In this document: positions 17,581-29,154 of the stretch, piece after piece
Layout: each line of letters opens with the position of its first letter
How positions within the stretch are numbered: position 1 is the first letter of the stretch
Source: Candidatus Poribacteria bacterium
GTDB lineage: Bacteria > Poribacteria > WGA-4E > WGA-3G
Direction: 5' to 3'
Length of the DNA: 64,000 nucleotides
Assembly (NCBI GenBank): GCA_963663765.2
Contig: CAXXUA010000003.1
Span: 544,001-608,000, forward strand
The notes under the pieces: model-generated
Databases searched by the model: none
What the model saw: only the letters and a program-made list of their open reading frames with translations
What the model was told of the DNA's origin: nothing
Position numbers and translations under genes: made by a program

Positions 17581-19926
17581 TTACTGCAATATTTTCCAAT
17601 CCGCCCACGAAGTGGTGAGTTTTCCTTTTGCCGACACAAGCCCTCTCAACCGAACCTTTGCTAACTGCTCTCGAACCCCAGCATGCGATACGTCCTCTAT
17701 TCGATAATAGTAGACTGTATTCGGTTTAGCCGTGGTATCTGTCAATGTATACTCATTTTGTTCACCTGTGGTGCCAGCACCTTGGACCATTGTCGGATTG
17801 ACGACTTTGAATTCACCATCCTTTGTTTCACTGCGGTAGATATAAAAACCTGCGTTGTCTACCTCTGATTCAGTTGTCCAGTTGAGGATAACACCTGCAT
17901 CGGTGTGTTCTGCTCGGAACAGAGATAAGGTGACGGGTAATATACCTCCAAGCGTATAACTCGGATTACCCACATCTGTCGGATCACCAAAATAGGTAGA
18001 CTTACCGAGTTTGACATCTACAGCGCGCTGCCAACTTGATGCTTCCCTGCCAACAAGCGGTCTCCGAGTTTCATGATGATAAAGCCGGAGCATAGAAATT
18101 CGCGCACCGTTCTCCGTTATCCCAGAGGGTAATTCCCATATAGGTGTATCCTGTGTTTCGCTATCACCATCAAGGTTGCCAACTGTATCAACTACAGTGC
18201 CAGTCGGTGTTGTCAGCTGCAGAAACAAACCATCCGGACTTAGAACGTTATTGCTTCCGAACTTAATAATATCCGCAAGATGGTGCTCAAAAAGATTGTA
18301 AACGCGTCTATCAGGAATGTTTTCTGCGTTCTGCGCTGTCCCCGTCACCCAAAGTGCCGTTTGCTTAGGCAAGATAACCAAATCTTTTAGTGTGAGAACT
18401 GCATGCCGATTCTGTTTACCGTGCCGTGACTCAATTGTCACTTCCCATCCGGTGAGATCAACCGCCTCTATAGGGGAGTTGTTGTATAGTTCTATCCACT
18501 GGGGCACCGTTCGGTTGCCGATTTTGTTGGTGAACATCATCTCGCTGAAACTTATCTGTCCGGTGTATTTTTGTCGGACTAACGGATTATTTGGGTAACC
18601 GGGTGTGCCGAGGCTTGTGTCTTTCGGTGCTGTCGGTTGATACCCGATCCCTGCTTGATACCTACTTTCACGCCACGCCTCTACATCATATCCGACATAC
18701 GATATTGTTGCGCGTTGCCATGCAGTTCCTTGTGTTAGCGGTTGGTCTGCTGTTAACTTGTCAAGGAAATACGTTCCTGCCACATCCTCAATTGCTTCCT
18801 GTGTGCCGTTTCTATCCAACGCACTTCGCAATATCAGCATATATGGCTTATTAGTTAATTGGAGTTTATTCGTCACTAAATAATCGTGCTGCGCACCGTT
18901 TCTAATATCTGGCGTTCTGATATTCTGTCCGCGCAGCAGTGTTGTTTCTCTCGGATCAGTATTGGTTATCAGCAAGATGCCACCAACGGGTAGGGTGTAG
19001 TCAGGAAACGAGACGACAACAACTTCCGGGTTCACCGTTTTATCTTCACGAGTAAGCATGCTAATCTCCCACTCCTTGAGAGAAATGTCCGTATTTCCGA
19101 TGTTCCTGAGCTCTATCCAGTCATTTCTGTCATCAGCAGCGTTGCGTACCTCATTGAAAAACACCCGTGTCAACGCAACTTGTGATTCGTGCGGCACTGA
19201 AGTTTCAAGGTCAACCGATATGCCCGCGGCAATTAGTTCATGGATTTGAAAAATATCTGTAATCGGGTTATCTGTAATATATAATTCCTCTAAATTGGTT
19301 AATGAGTAAAGCGAATGTATACTTTCTACTTTGTTAGAACTAATGTTTAATATCTCCAGTTGTAGTAAGGCATTGAGTGGGGTTACGGTACTAATCTGAT
19401 TATCTGCAAGGTATAATTCTACTAATTGCGTTAACCCACGTAACGGCACAAGATTGCTTAGCTGGTTAGAATTAAGAAACAACTCCTCTAATTGTGTCAA
19501 ACCTGAAAGTGGTTTTAGGTCACTGATGATATTGTCATTAAGCCATAATATAGATAAATTCGCTAACGTTGAAAGTGGGGTGATGTCCTTAATCTTGTTC
19601 GAGCCGAGTGATAGTAGTTCAAGTTGGGTCAAGTCTGCTAACACACTAATGTCACTAATTTGATTTGACTTTAGATTTAGGATTTCCAAATTCGTTGCGT
19701 GTTCCAATCCTGTTAAATCGGTAATTTCTGAATTGCTACCATTCAGTGCTGTCATCTGCAGCATCAATTGTTGTGTGATAGGTACGTTTTGAGACAACCT
19801 AAAATGTTCCCGTATAGCTGATGCTAAATTCGGGTCGGGTATGTACACCTCTTGTGCATAAGTAATTCGGTTCAATCCGATAATAACAATTAGAACACAA
19901 CATATCGTATAAATTCGTTTTATCAT
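17581..19926 (-). CDS. Secreted internalin-type LRR protein with two lamin-tail-like domains and a C-terminal LPVTLS Ig-like module with TTSW tail
   Basis: IPDPNL cap, 22-aa LRRs, FNEV..DWIELRN and FSEMM..QWIELYN, tail GKLTTSWADWK; RBS AGGAGG. Confidence 0.85.
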   Translation of the reverse strand: MIKRIYTICCVLIVIIGLNRITYAQEVYIPDPNLASAIREHFRLSQNVPITQQLMLQMTALNGSNSEITDLTGLEHATNLEILNLKSNQISDISVLADLTQLELLSLGSNKIKDITPLSTLANLSILWLNDNIISDLKPLSGLTQLEELFLNSNQLSNLVPLRGLTQLVELYLADNQISTVTPLNALLQLEILNISSNKVESIHSLYSLTNLEELYITDNPITDIFQIHELIAAGISVDLETSVPHESQVALTRVFFNEVRNAADDRNDWIELRNIGNTDISLKEWEISMLTREDKTVNPEVVVVSFPDYTLPVGGILLITNTDPRETTLLRGQNIRTPDIRNGAQHDYLVTNKLQLTNKPYMLILRSALDRNGTQEAIEDVAGTYFLDKLTADQPLTQGTAWQRATISYVGYDVEAWRESRYQAGIGYQPTAPKDTSLGTPGYPNNPLVRQKYTGQISFSEMMFTNKIGNRTVPQWIELYNNSPIEAVDLTGWEVTIESRHGKQNRHAVLTLKDLVILPKQTALWVTGTAQNAENIPDRRVYNLFEHHLADIIKFGSNNVLSPDGLFLQLTTPTGTVVDTVGNLDGDSETQDTPIWELPSGITENGARISMLRLYHHETRRPLVGREASSWQRAVDVKLGKSTYFGDPTDVGNPSYTLGGILPVTLSLFRAEHTDAGVILNWTTESEVDNAGFYIYRSETKDGEFKVVNPTMVQGAGTTGEQNEYTLTDTTAKPNTVYYYRIEDVSHAGVREQLAKVRLRGLVSAKGKLTTSWADWKILQ

Positions 19927-19954
19927 ATCTTTCCTCCTTTTAGACAATCCATTT

Positions 19955-22900
19955 CTACTTCCTTATCAACATCTTTCGTATTTTCGTATAATTACCCGCC
20001 TTGAATTTGACAAAATAGAGACCTCCCGCCACCTTCTCACCGAGATTGTTTTTACCATCCCAATATGCCGCGCGGCTCTGACTATAATAGACTCCTGCAT
20101 CACGATGCCCCAACGTTATCTGTCTAACCACAACACCCCTCACATCATAGAACGTCAGTGTAACATCCGCGGATTTTGCTAACTGGTAAGGTATCCACGT
20201 CTCCGGGTTGAACGGGTTGGGATAGTTGGGTAGGAGTGCAGTTTTGGCAGGATTTGCTTGTGCTGACGGGGCAGCACTAATATCAACGTCTATGCTGATA
20301 GTTTGTGTTGTTTTTGCTTGAAGTCTGCGAAGTGGAGCTAAATCCGAAATCGGATTGCCACCAATACCCAGCCCGGTAAGAGCTGTTAAATCTTCAAGAG
20401 GTGTGACGTTGCTGATGGAATTGCTAACCAGATTGAGATATGTCAGCGAAGTCAACCCAGAAAGTGCAGATATATCACTGATGGAATTGTTATACAGATA
20501 GAGCTCCGTCAGCGAAGCCAACCCAGAAACCGCTGATATATCGCTGATGGAATTGTCAGACAACCCCAACCTTATCAGTGAAGTCAACCCTGATACCACT
20601 GATATATCACTGATGGAATTATCAGGCAGATGGAGCCCTGTCAGCGAGGTCAACCCAGAAAGTGCAGATATATCACTGATGGAATTGCTATTCAGAAAGA
20701 GATATGTCAGCGAAGTCAACCCAGAAAGTGCAGATATATCACTGATAGAATTGAAATGTAGTTCAAGACCTGTCAACGAAGTCAACCCAGAAAGTGCAGA
20801 TATATCGCTGATGGAATTGTGATCCAGCCTAGATATTGTAAGCGAAGTCAACCCAGAAAGTGCAGATATATCGCTGATGGAATTGTTATACAGAAAGAGA
20901 TATGTCAGCGAAGTTAACCCTGAAATCGCGGATATATCACTGATGGAATTGCTACCCAGATTGAGCGATGTCAACGAAGTCAACTCCGAAACCGCAGATA
21001 TATCACTGATGGAATTGTCATACAGATAGAGCGTTGTTAGACTCGTTGCATGTTCCAATCCTGATATATTGCTTATATTAGACTCAATGGCAGATAGACT
21101 TGTTAATCTTTTCATCGTTTCTTGTGTAAGTGCATCACCTTCCTGTAGTCCGAGTGCGGTGCGCACCTTTGCACGTAAGTTCGCATCCGGCATCCACTCC
21201 TCTTCAGACAGGTCAGTTGATGTACCATTGTTGGGATCTTGTGTAATATCAATATCTATGCTGATGGTATGTGTTGTTTTTGCCTGCAGCCTGCGGAGTG
21301 GAGCGTAATCTGTAATCGGATTGCCTGAAAGATATAATTCTGTGAGTGCTGTTAAATTTTCAATAGGTGATACATCGCTGATGGAATTGCCATTCAGATA
21401 GAGCAAGGTTAACGAAGTCAATCCTGAAACCGCAGATATATCGCTGATGGAATTGTTCTACAGCCCGAGCGTTGTCAACGAAGTCAAGCCTGAAACCGCA
21501 GATATATCGCTGATGGAATTGCCAGCCAGACTGAGCCAGGTTAACGAAGTCAATCCTGAAACAGCTGATAAATCGCTGATGGAATTGTGGCCCAACCCGA
21601 GCGTTGTCAACGAAGTCAACCCTGAAACAGCTGATATATCACTGATGGAATTGAAAAGCAGATCGAGGAATGTCAACGAAGTCAATCCAGAAACAGCTGA
21701 TATATCGCTGATGGAATTGCCAACCAGACTGAGCGAGGTTAACGAAGTCAACCCTGAAACAGCTGATATATCGCTGATTTGATTCTCCGAGAGATCTAAG
21801 GATTGTAGTTGTGTTGCATATTCTAATCCGGTGATGTCGGTTATCTCTGAACCTATAGCAGATAGCCTCGTCAATCCTTGCAGTGTTTCTTGTGTAAGTG
21901 CATCACCTTCCTGCAGTCCGAGTGCGGTGCGCACCTTTACACGTAAATTCGCATCTGGCATCCACTCCTCTTCAGACAGGTCATCAGTTGATGTATCATT
22001 GTTGGGATCTTGTGTAATATCAATATCTATGCTGATAGTTTGTGTTGTTTTTGCTTGAAGTCTGCGGAGTGGAGCTAAATCTGTAATCGGATTGCCTGAA
22101 AGATATAATTCTGTGAGTGCTGTTAAATTTTCAATAGGTGATACATCGCTGATGGAATTGTGGACCAGACTGAGCGTTGTCAACGAAGTCAACCCTGAGA
22201 CCACGGATATATCGCTGATGGAATTGTTACCCAGCCCGAGCGTTGTCAACGAAGTCAACCCTTCAACGGGTGTGATGTCGCTGATTTGGTTCAAATCAAG
22301 ATTTAATGACCGTAAATTCGTTGCATGTTCCAATCCGGTAAGATCACTTATTTGACTTCTAGGAGCACTTAACGATGTCAATCCTTGCAGTGTTTCTTGT
22401 GTAAGTGCATTATGTTCCTGTAGTCCGAGTGCGGTGCGCACCGTCGCACGTAAATTCACATCCGGCATCCACGTTTCCTCAGAAACAGCAGCAGTATTAA
22501 CAGTTACTGTAATAGTTTGTGTAGCCGTCAACTCACCATCATCTGCTTCAACGGTAATAGTTGCGTTTCCCTCACTCACAGGTGTAATTGTCACCGTGGA
22601 TTCAGAAGCTTGTGCGGTTGCAACACTTGTATTACTGGAGTTTAACGTAAAGATAAGGGTATCATTGTTCGCATCTGTGAAGTAACCAGAAACGTCAAGA
22701 GACGTTGGAGTTCCGACATTCAACGTCTGTGCAGCAATCGTCCCTTGAGCACGAGGTGCCACATTTACTGTATCTATGATTAGGTCGGATCCACGAACAT
22801 TGATTATGATAATGTTAGAACAGTTATTGTCTGTATGTTCTTCATCCGTTACACTGTCTACGCACGCATAGTAATAGTATATACCGGACTGATTCGGTGC

Positions 22901-25900
22901 ACGGACACTATGAATTTCTTCATCCGAGTTACCTTTTCTTATACGTCGGACAGAATCTGTGCCAATTTGTTGATCATCCGGTGAAATTGCTGCATCTGCA
23001 GAAAGATAGTAACGGACCGTCGTAGAATTTGACGCATCTGCTGTTCCTTGATTTCGGACAGTGGCTTCTAAATTGATAGATGCATTTGAATCAACGAGAC
23101 TCTTGTTTGATGAAAGCGTGATAACCAAATCAGGCGATTCAGAAATGGTAACGGGAATTGGGTTAACCGTAACAGAGAAGGTCTGTGTAGCCGTCAACTC
23201 GCCATCGCTTGCCGTTATTGTAATCGTCGCGCTGCCTTCTGCAATAGGACGGATCGTTAAAATTGAACCTGACACCCCTGCTGCCTCTGCAACGACTATG
23301 CTGGTATCAGAGGAAATTGCTGTGTAGGTAAGTGAAGTATTGTTTGGATCAGAGAAATACGTTGATACGTCCAGTCTAATATGGGTATCCGTTACAGAGA
23401 GGGTCTGACTCGATATTGTGCCGACAGTTGTTGGTGCCCGGTTTTGAACAGTAATTGTAATAGCATAAGAACAGTTATCACCTGTATCGCTTTCATCTGT
23501 GATACTCTCCACACATCCGCCGTAATAGTAGGTACCAGATTCCATAGGTGCTGTCAGATTGATTTGCTGTGTTACCCTTCCACCGACATTAAGTGAACTG
23601 ACGTTAGCACTTCCAATTTCCGTATCATTCATGGATATATTTGAGTTAGGTGAGCGATACCATCGGAACGTTGTAGCAGATGAGTTCGCTGTGCCATTGT
23701 TACGTACAGTGGCATTCAGCGTAAAACTTTCACCTGGTCCTAAGGTCGCAGCACTTGTCGTCGGGGTCTCGACGACTAAATTTGGTAATGCAGGTTCATC
23801 CGGATCCGGGGCTTGCACAGTGATTGCAACTGCTGCGGAGCAATTGTTGTTTGAATTACTCTCATTGTCCACATCTGATACACATGCCCCATAATAGTAG
23901 ACACCCGGCTCGGTCGGTGCAGTTAGACTAATTGATTCCCTGCCAGTTTCATCTGCATCCAATCTTGTCACAGAGTCATCGCCAACCCGTCTGTCACTTG
24001 GTGATATACGTGCATCTGATGAACGGTAATAATCCAGATCAGCAGAAGATGTCGGCTCACCTAATCCTTGATTACGAACAGTAGCTCTCAGCGTAAAACT
24101 TTCACCAGGGTCAAGAGTCGTCTTACTTACCGAAATGGACTCAACGATATAGTCGGGGTATCCTGTTACCTGAACCTGCTCCTCGCCGGCAAGGTTGTTA
24201 GTAAGCATAGAGACCGTGAGATCGTCTTGGTAATCTGTATCATGAACATTAGATGGCAAAAATGCGCCATAATAGTAGCGATCAGGGATATTGAGTGCAT
24301 TCACTCTGAGTGTTAACGTAGTGCTTTCGCGTTGTCGTAAGGAAGGCACGCTTAGTTTCCCCGCACTTCGTAAATCCCGTTCTTCGCTTAATTCCTCAAG
24401 GTCATCGTTACGACTGCCCGAATGATAGTAAAAATAAATATCTGTCGCAGCGGACTCACCGGGACCGTTGTTTCGAATATCTACTTCCAACTCTATTTCT
24501 TCACCTATGCCAACTTGACTTTCATTGAGATCAAAATCGCGAATTTCCAAGTCTGGCGGGCGGCGGAATAGTAACTGATCACCACCAAAGGCTTCTACAC
24601 TCCAAGCTTCTATATCCACTTGATCCCATTCTATTTTCCACCAAGTATAACCGTTGTTTTCCTCCGGTCCATCTGTGATAATTCCTGTCCCACCATTCCA
24701 TAATTCTCTTATCACGTTATTGCCAATCCATGGGTTTGATCTTAAGTTAAGACCGTCGCCTGTCAATGGTACATTTTGAATGATAACAGAAACGCCTTCT
24801 CTAAGTCCTTCAGCGCGAGGATTACTACCGTTGGGAACAGAAAAGATTTGATCATTATTAGGTGGATGGACAGTACTAGTTTGTCTCACTACCACATAGA
24901 TAGTTTGTGTAGCAGTTAAGTTCGTGACCGTATCGCGTGCTAAGACTATTACTGTCGCAGTTCCTGCTTCCACGGGTCTAATCGTGACTCGCGAACCAGA
25001 AACAGATGCTGTTGCGATATTGCTGGGATTTGTACTTACTTCATATTTTAGGCTGTTTGAAGATGAAAAATATTGTGCAACGTTTACTGTTGTACCAGAA
25101 CCGTCGTCTGACAATGATTGAAAAGGAATCGCACCTTGTGGCACTGGAGCCTGAACCGTTGATGTTTGTGCGATTGGAAAAGTCGTTTGATTTGATGTGA
25201 AATTCAGATCAACTTCCTGCTCGGAAACAATAGGGGTTATTGGGAGTTCGCCAATCACCTTTTCATAATTCCATATAGGTATCCCTAAAGGATTGAACTC
25301 AAGCGTGACATCACTGGTTGCAGCAAGATCAAGCTTATACGTGAATTTTTCATTGTAGCTGCTATTTACCGTGTAAGAGTTCTGTGACATATCTAATCCA
25401 GGCGCTTTAATAGTTTGATTTTCGCGTGTTATCTTTACACCATTCACGGTGATGGATTCACCAGAAAGGGTAGCAGTGCTTAAAAAACCAAGATTGGCAC
25501 TAATTGCAGCGTTGCCTATCCCCTTTTCAACTATGGTTGCAGCAGGTTTTGATAATGAAGGTGGTATTGCAGTTAGTGCAGTAACAATCAGTTGGGTTAC
25601 CTCAACAGCAGTAAGTTCTGCCTGCACAAGTTTACGAATCCCGCCTCTTACGACAACATCATCATCCAGAAGAAGGGTACTAAATGGTTCAGACTCATCC
25701 CAAGTTTGATAAGGATTAACTGTAAGGGAACCGATGGGAATTAATTCGCTAAGTAATTGGGAAAGATCTAAGCCCCCAGGTTCAAAAACTGTCACTTCAT
25801 CTTTTACGAGTAATGGGAAATCAACCAATTGGTTGATTGCGAATACGGCAACCAAAAGAGTTGGCTCAAGAGTTAAATAAGGCACACTTTCTATTACAAA

Positions 25901-26251
25901 CGCGATTTTTACAACACCTTTAAGGGTCAGTCCACCTTTACTTTGAAGATTACCGTCTTTGCCACGAAGCTGAATTGTCCCATTCTCTTGGTCAAAGGTC
26001 ATAGTTCCCGTGACATCTGCCTCTATCTGCTCAGGCGTTAAGTCAAAAGTAAATACAATTTGAAAGTGGTTGTCAGGATCAACATTATTAGGAAATGCAT
26101 ACTCCTTTTGGATACCATCGCTAAAAGGAGTATACTCAGCATTGTAGTTTACAATTTTGGAAACTTGTTGTGAATAGCAAACTGAGTAGCACATTAATAT
26201 TAAAAGTGGGATAACTATGCTGCACGTTATTTTTTTATGTTTCGATGTCAT
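19955..26251 (-). pseudogene. Large secreted protein (unknown N-domain, Ig-like, SH3-like, CARDB repeats, LRR blocks, FlgD-Ig/T9SS-like CTD) split by one in-frame TAG at 21458-21460
   Basis: ORFs 21458-26251 and 19955-21421 share a frame; the LRR reads LTTLGL*NNSISDIS across the stop. Confidence 0.82.
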
Positions 26252-26272
26252 TTATGTCCTCCGTTACTTGCG

Positions 26273-26977
26273 TTACCTGGATTGTTTCTTGGTTTCTTTT
26301 TTCTTGAAGATTTCAGGAGGGATAACTGTATTGATCTTGTAATCCGTTATGCGATTGATAAGCACTTGTTTTGTCAAGGGAAAGAAACTCCGAGTTTCTA
26401 CAGGCAAACCACGTTTTCTTCCCGCTCCTATATATTTAAACTGTGTAACGGCTATTTCAAGAGAAGCCATAGAAATAGAGAATTGCACGACACGCCAATC
26501 TCTCTGTGAAACCCATAACTTTGCTAACTCCCCTGGACGTTCAGCCGATGAGATTTCTAACACATAACATTTTTTCCCTAATATAGACTCTCTGTCCTTA
26601 AGTTCTATATCTAAGTCTTTCAGGGTCCCAAGCGCACTCAATAACTCTATCCTAAATATCCCGTATTTTGTTAGTCCGATCTCTTTAACTACATGCTCAT
26701 CCGGCTTCCAAAAAAATAAATTAAAGGATATTATCGGTTCTCGCGCTTCAAAGGTACTCTCTGAAGCATACATTGAATCTGTCTCGTAGGTTTGAACAAC
26801 TGCCGTATAATTTTCAATATCTTCATAAACTTCTAAGGCGTTTTCCATCACTTCCTGTGCGGTGATGGCTGAAACGTTGCTGGGGGTTATGCCTACAAAA
26901 AGAAACAGGCTTAATATAAAAAAAATGTTTTGGGTGTGTTCTTTACTAACTTTTGATAAAAAACAACAATATAGCAT
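26273..26977 (-). CDS. LolA-like/outer-membrane lipoprotein-sorting-type periplasmic protein
   Basis: Signal-like N-terminus, ITAQEVM, CYVLEI, KLWVSQRDW, DYKINT.IPPEIF; RBS AAGGAG. Confidence 0.6.
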   Translation of the reverse strand: MLYCCFLSKVSKEHTQNIFFILSLFLFVGITPSNVSAITAQEVMENALEVYEDIENYTAVVQTYETDSMYASESTFEAREPIISFNLFFWKPDEHVVKEIGLTKYGIFRIELLSALGTLKDLDIELKDRESILGKKCYVLEISSAERPGELAKLWVSQRDWRVVQFSISMASLEIAVTQFKYIGAGRKRGLPVETRSFFPLTKQVLINRITDYKINTVIPPEIFKKKETKKQSR

Positions 26978-27319
26978 AAATATTCTCCTTAGTGTTTGAT
27001 AAATCAAAAAATACATGTCCGTTTATGATGTCACGTTGTTCTACCATTGCGTTGTTCCCGATACGGTTCGGTAGGGACCACCTCAAGCAAGGTGGATCGT
27101 ATTCCCTCCAACAACGCTGCGGAAAGTGTATAATAGACCTTATCTCATAAAACTTATGTAGGGATATGTCCCTGTGCCTCGCCATCTCTCACAATGAAAC
27201 TTTAGTTATAATAACCTAAGTTGCGACCTAATCAATTTGAAGGTTCAATCTCACAAATACCGTATTAAGACAGTTTAATTTTATTATATATACATTATTA
27301 TATTGTCTTTATATGTATA

Positions 27320-27348
27320 TTTATACATAAATTCAACATATTTGTCAA
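27320..27348 (-). promoter_or_regulatory. Putative sigma70 promoter for the 26977-17581 operon
   Basis: TTGACA-17 bp-TATAAA on the minus strand. Confidence 0.45.
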
Positions 27349-27368
27349 ATTATTTCGTAAAATATTGT

Positions 27369-27489
27369 CAGGGTTATTCAGTTATAGGTATTTTGACTGT
27401 TTCCTGAGAAAATCGCGACTGGGAGGTTGCTTTTACCGCGGGGTTATTTTTTTGAAAAATCCAAATATTAGGAAAACTGAATAATCCTG
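27369..27489. mobile_element. MITE family B copy (degenerate)
   Basis: CAGGGTTATTCAGTT...AACTGAATAATCCTG; flanks AAATATTGT/AAATATTCT. Confidence 0.8.
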
Positions 27490-27538
27490 AAATATTCTGA
27501 ATTAAACTTGACATATTTATCCATTAGTATTATTATCT

Positions 27539-27660
27539 CAGGACTTACGCATTATTCTTGATTAAATCAAGAATAATGATGAAAATGATATAATTATCAG
27601 TATTTTTCTGGTTTTCCGGCGCGCTTACAAAGCACGCCTATCGTTGTGTGCGTAAGTCCT
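27539..27660. mobile_element. MITE family A copy
   Basis: CAGGACTTACGCA...TGCGTAAGTCCT with the internal REP. Confidence 0.8.
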
Positions 27661-28044
27661 TCTACAGTCAAACGTGACATTCGTCAGTTGAAACAGGAAG
27701 GATATTTCGTTATGACGCGCGGGACGAAACACGATATGGGCCCCGGCACTTCTCATAAGACACAGATCATGGATCTGTATTTCAAAGGCTAAACCTTCAC
27801 CGAAATCGAGCAAAAAACAAACCACAGCGAACGGGCTGTCTACCGCTACTTGAGAGATTTCACACAAGTTGCCACGCTCCATCATCAAGGCTTCCCTAAT
27901 GCACAGATACGCCTGATTTCTCATCTCTCTGACCGGTTGATACGCGAGTATCTTTCGCTGTCCAAGGAATATCAACACACCGATCGCATGACCCAACTCC
28001 TTCACCCAGAACCATAGGACACAAAAAAGGGGGATCTCTCATGA
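27661..28044 (+). pseudogene. DUF1670-like HTH protein 1, 5' truncated, with in-frame stops
   Basis: TVKRDIRQL..TRG..HDMGPGTSHKTQI..LY..G*...HSERAVYRYL; stops at 27790 and 28015; ATGA overlap with the next gene. Confidence 0.65.
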
Positions 28045-28925
28045 GTAAACCACTAACACGCACGCAAATCAACGAGAAAATATTCAGACGCATCAACGAT
28101 AAATCCCTACGACAGTTGCTTATCCATCGCTTTCTCAATGACTACGGGTATGACAAAGGCGAAGTCACTGCCACCGCCATTGTTGATGATATTCTCAAGA
28201 CCGTTGAGGACTATTTCGTAATTACCCTCCCCTTGGGGAAACTCGCCACCGGCGATCAACTCACAGATGAGCGTTTCCTGAGTTATGGACAACTCGTTTG
28301 GATGGCCATCCCTATTGATGAACATCCAGAAAGAGGGAAGTCCATCGTCAAAACTCGGATGAAACCCATCATCTTGACCTATCTCGCTACCGAGGATATT
28401 GAATCTTTTCGAAACGGATTTACCTCCCGACAACTGTAAATCAATCGCTTAGTCCGCTGGTGTCATCAAGCCTATGACCAAGGTGCTTTATTGACACAAC
28501 TCGATTTAGCCGTCTTGCTGAACGTCTGCGATGCTGTTGTCTGTGATTATGTCAATGAATGGCAAAAAACCACTGGTGACATCTTGCCCACTCGCGGCAA
28601 CATCCATGATTTATCAGGTGCTATTACCCACAAGAAAGAGATCATCACCCTCTATCTTCAAGGACATCTCACCCCCAGAATTGCCGCAAAGACCAAACAC
28701 TCTAAAGAGGCAGTTGACCGATACATTCGCGATTATGAGAGCGTCAAAGTCGTTCGCAACGCAACTGCAGATATTGATACAATCTCACAGATTACACGAC
28801 TTTCTAAACGCGTTATCACTCAATATCTTGACCTTATTCCACAGCACCAACTTCAAACTATGGATGCAAACCTTGCCAATTCATCTGCAAACGATGCAAC
28901 AACACGCCAAGGAGAAGAACAATGA
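28041..28925 (+). pseudogene. DUF1670-like HTH protein 2 with an in-frame TAA at 28437-28439
   Basis: GQLVWMAI...RQL*INRLVRWCHQAYDQGALLTQLDLA...PTRGNIHDLSGAITHKKEII.LY..G...HSKEAVDRYI. Confidence 0.72.
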
Positions 28926-28994
28926 TACTAAACCTCCTGTTCCACCAGACGAACATTATTCAGAAAAACCGAGGCAGTTTCCTTGAACATAGGA

Positions 28995-29023
28995 TTGACA
29001 ACTGCTACTTGTTTTGCTATACT
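28995..29023 (+). promoter_or_regulatory. Near-consensus sigma70 promoter facing the end of the convergent LRR-cadherin gene
   Basis: TTGACA-17 bp-TATACT with an extended TG. Confidence 0.45.
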
Positions 29024-29154
29024 CTAAGAATGTTTACCGTTAATCGCATCATTTCTCAAAGAGAATGATAGTTATTCCAACTTAACCCACTCATCAACGA
29101 TGGTTGCGAAGCTAATAAACATCAGCATTCCAGCTATCCTATGGTCATTTGATA

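Noticed and set aside
21458-21460. Pyrrolysine or amber recoding
   Set aside because: TAG terminates several normal genes here, other pseudogene stops are TAA, and no pyl genes are visible.
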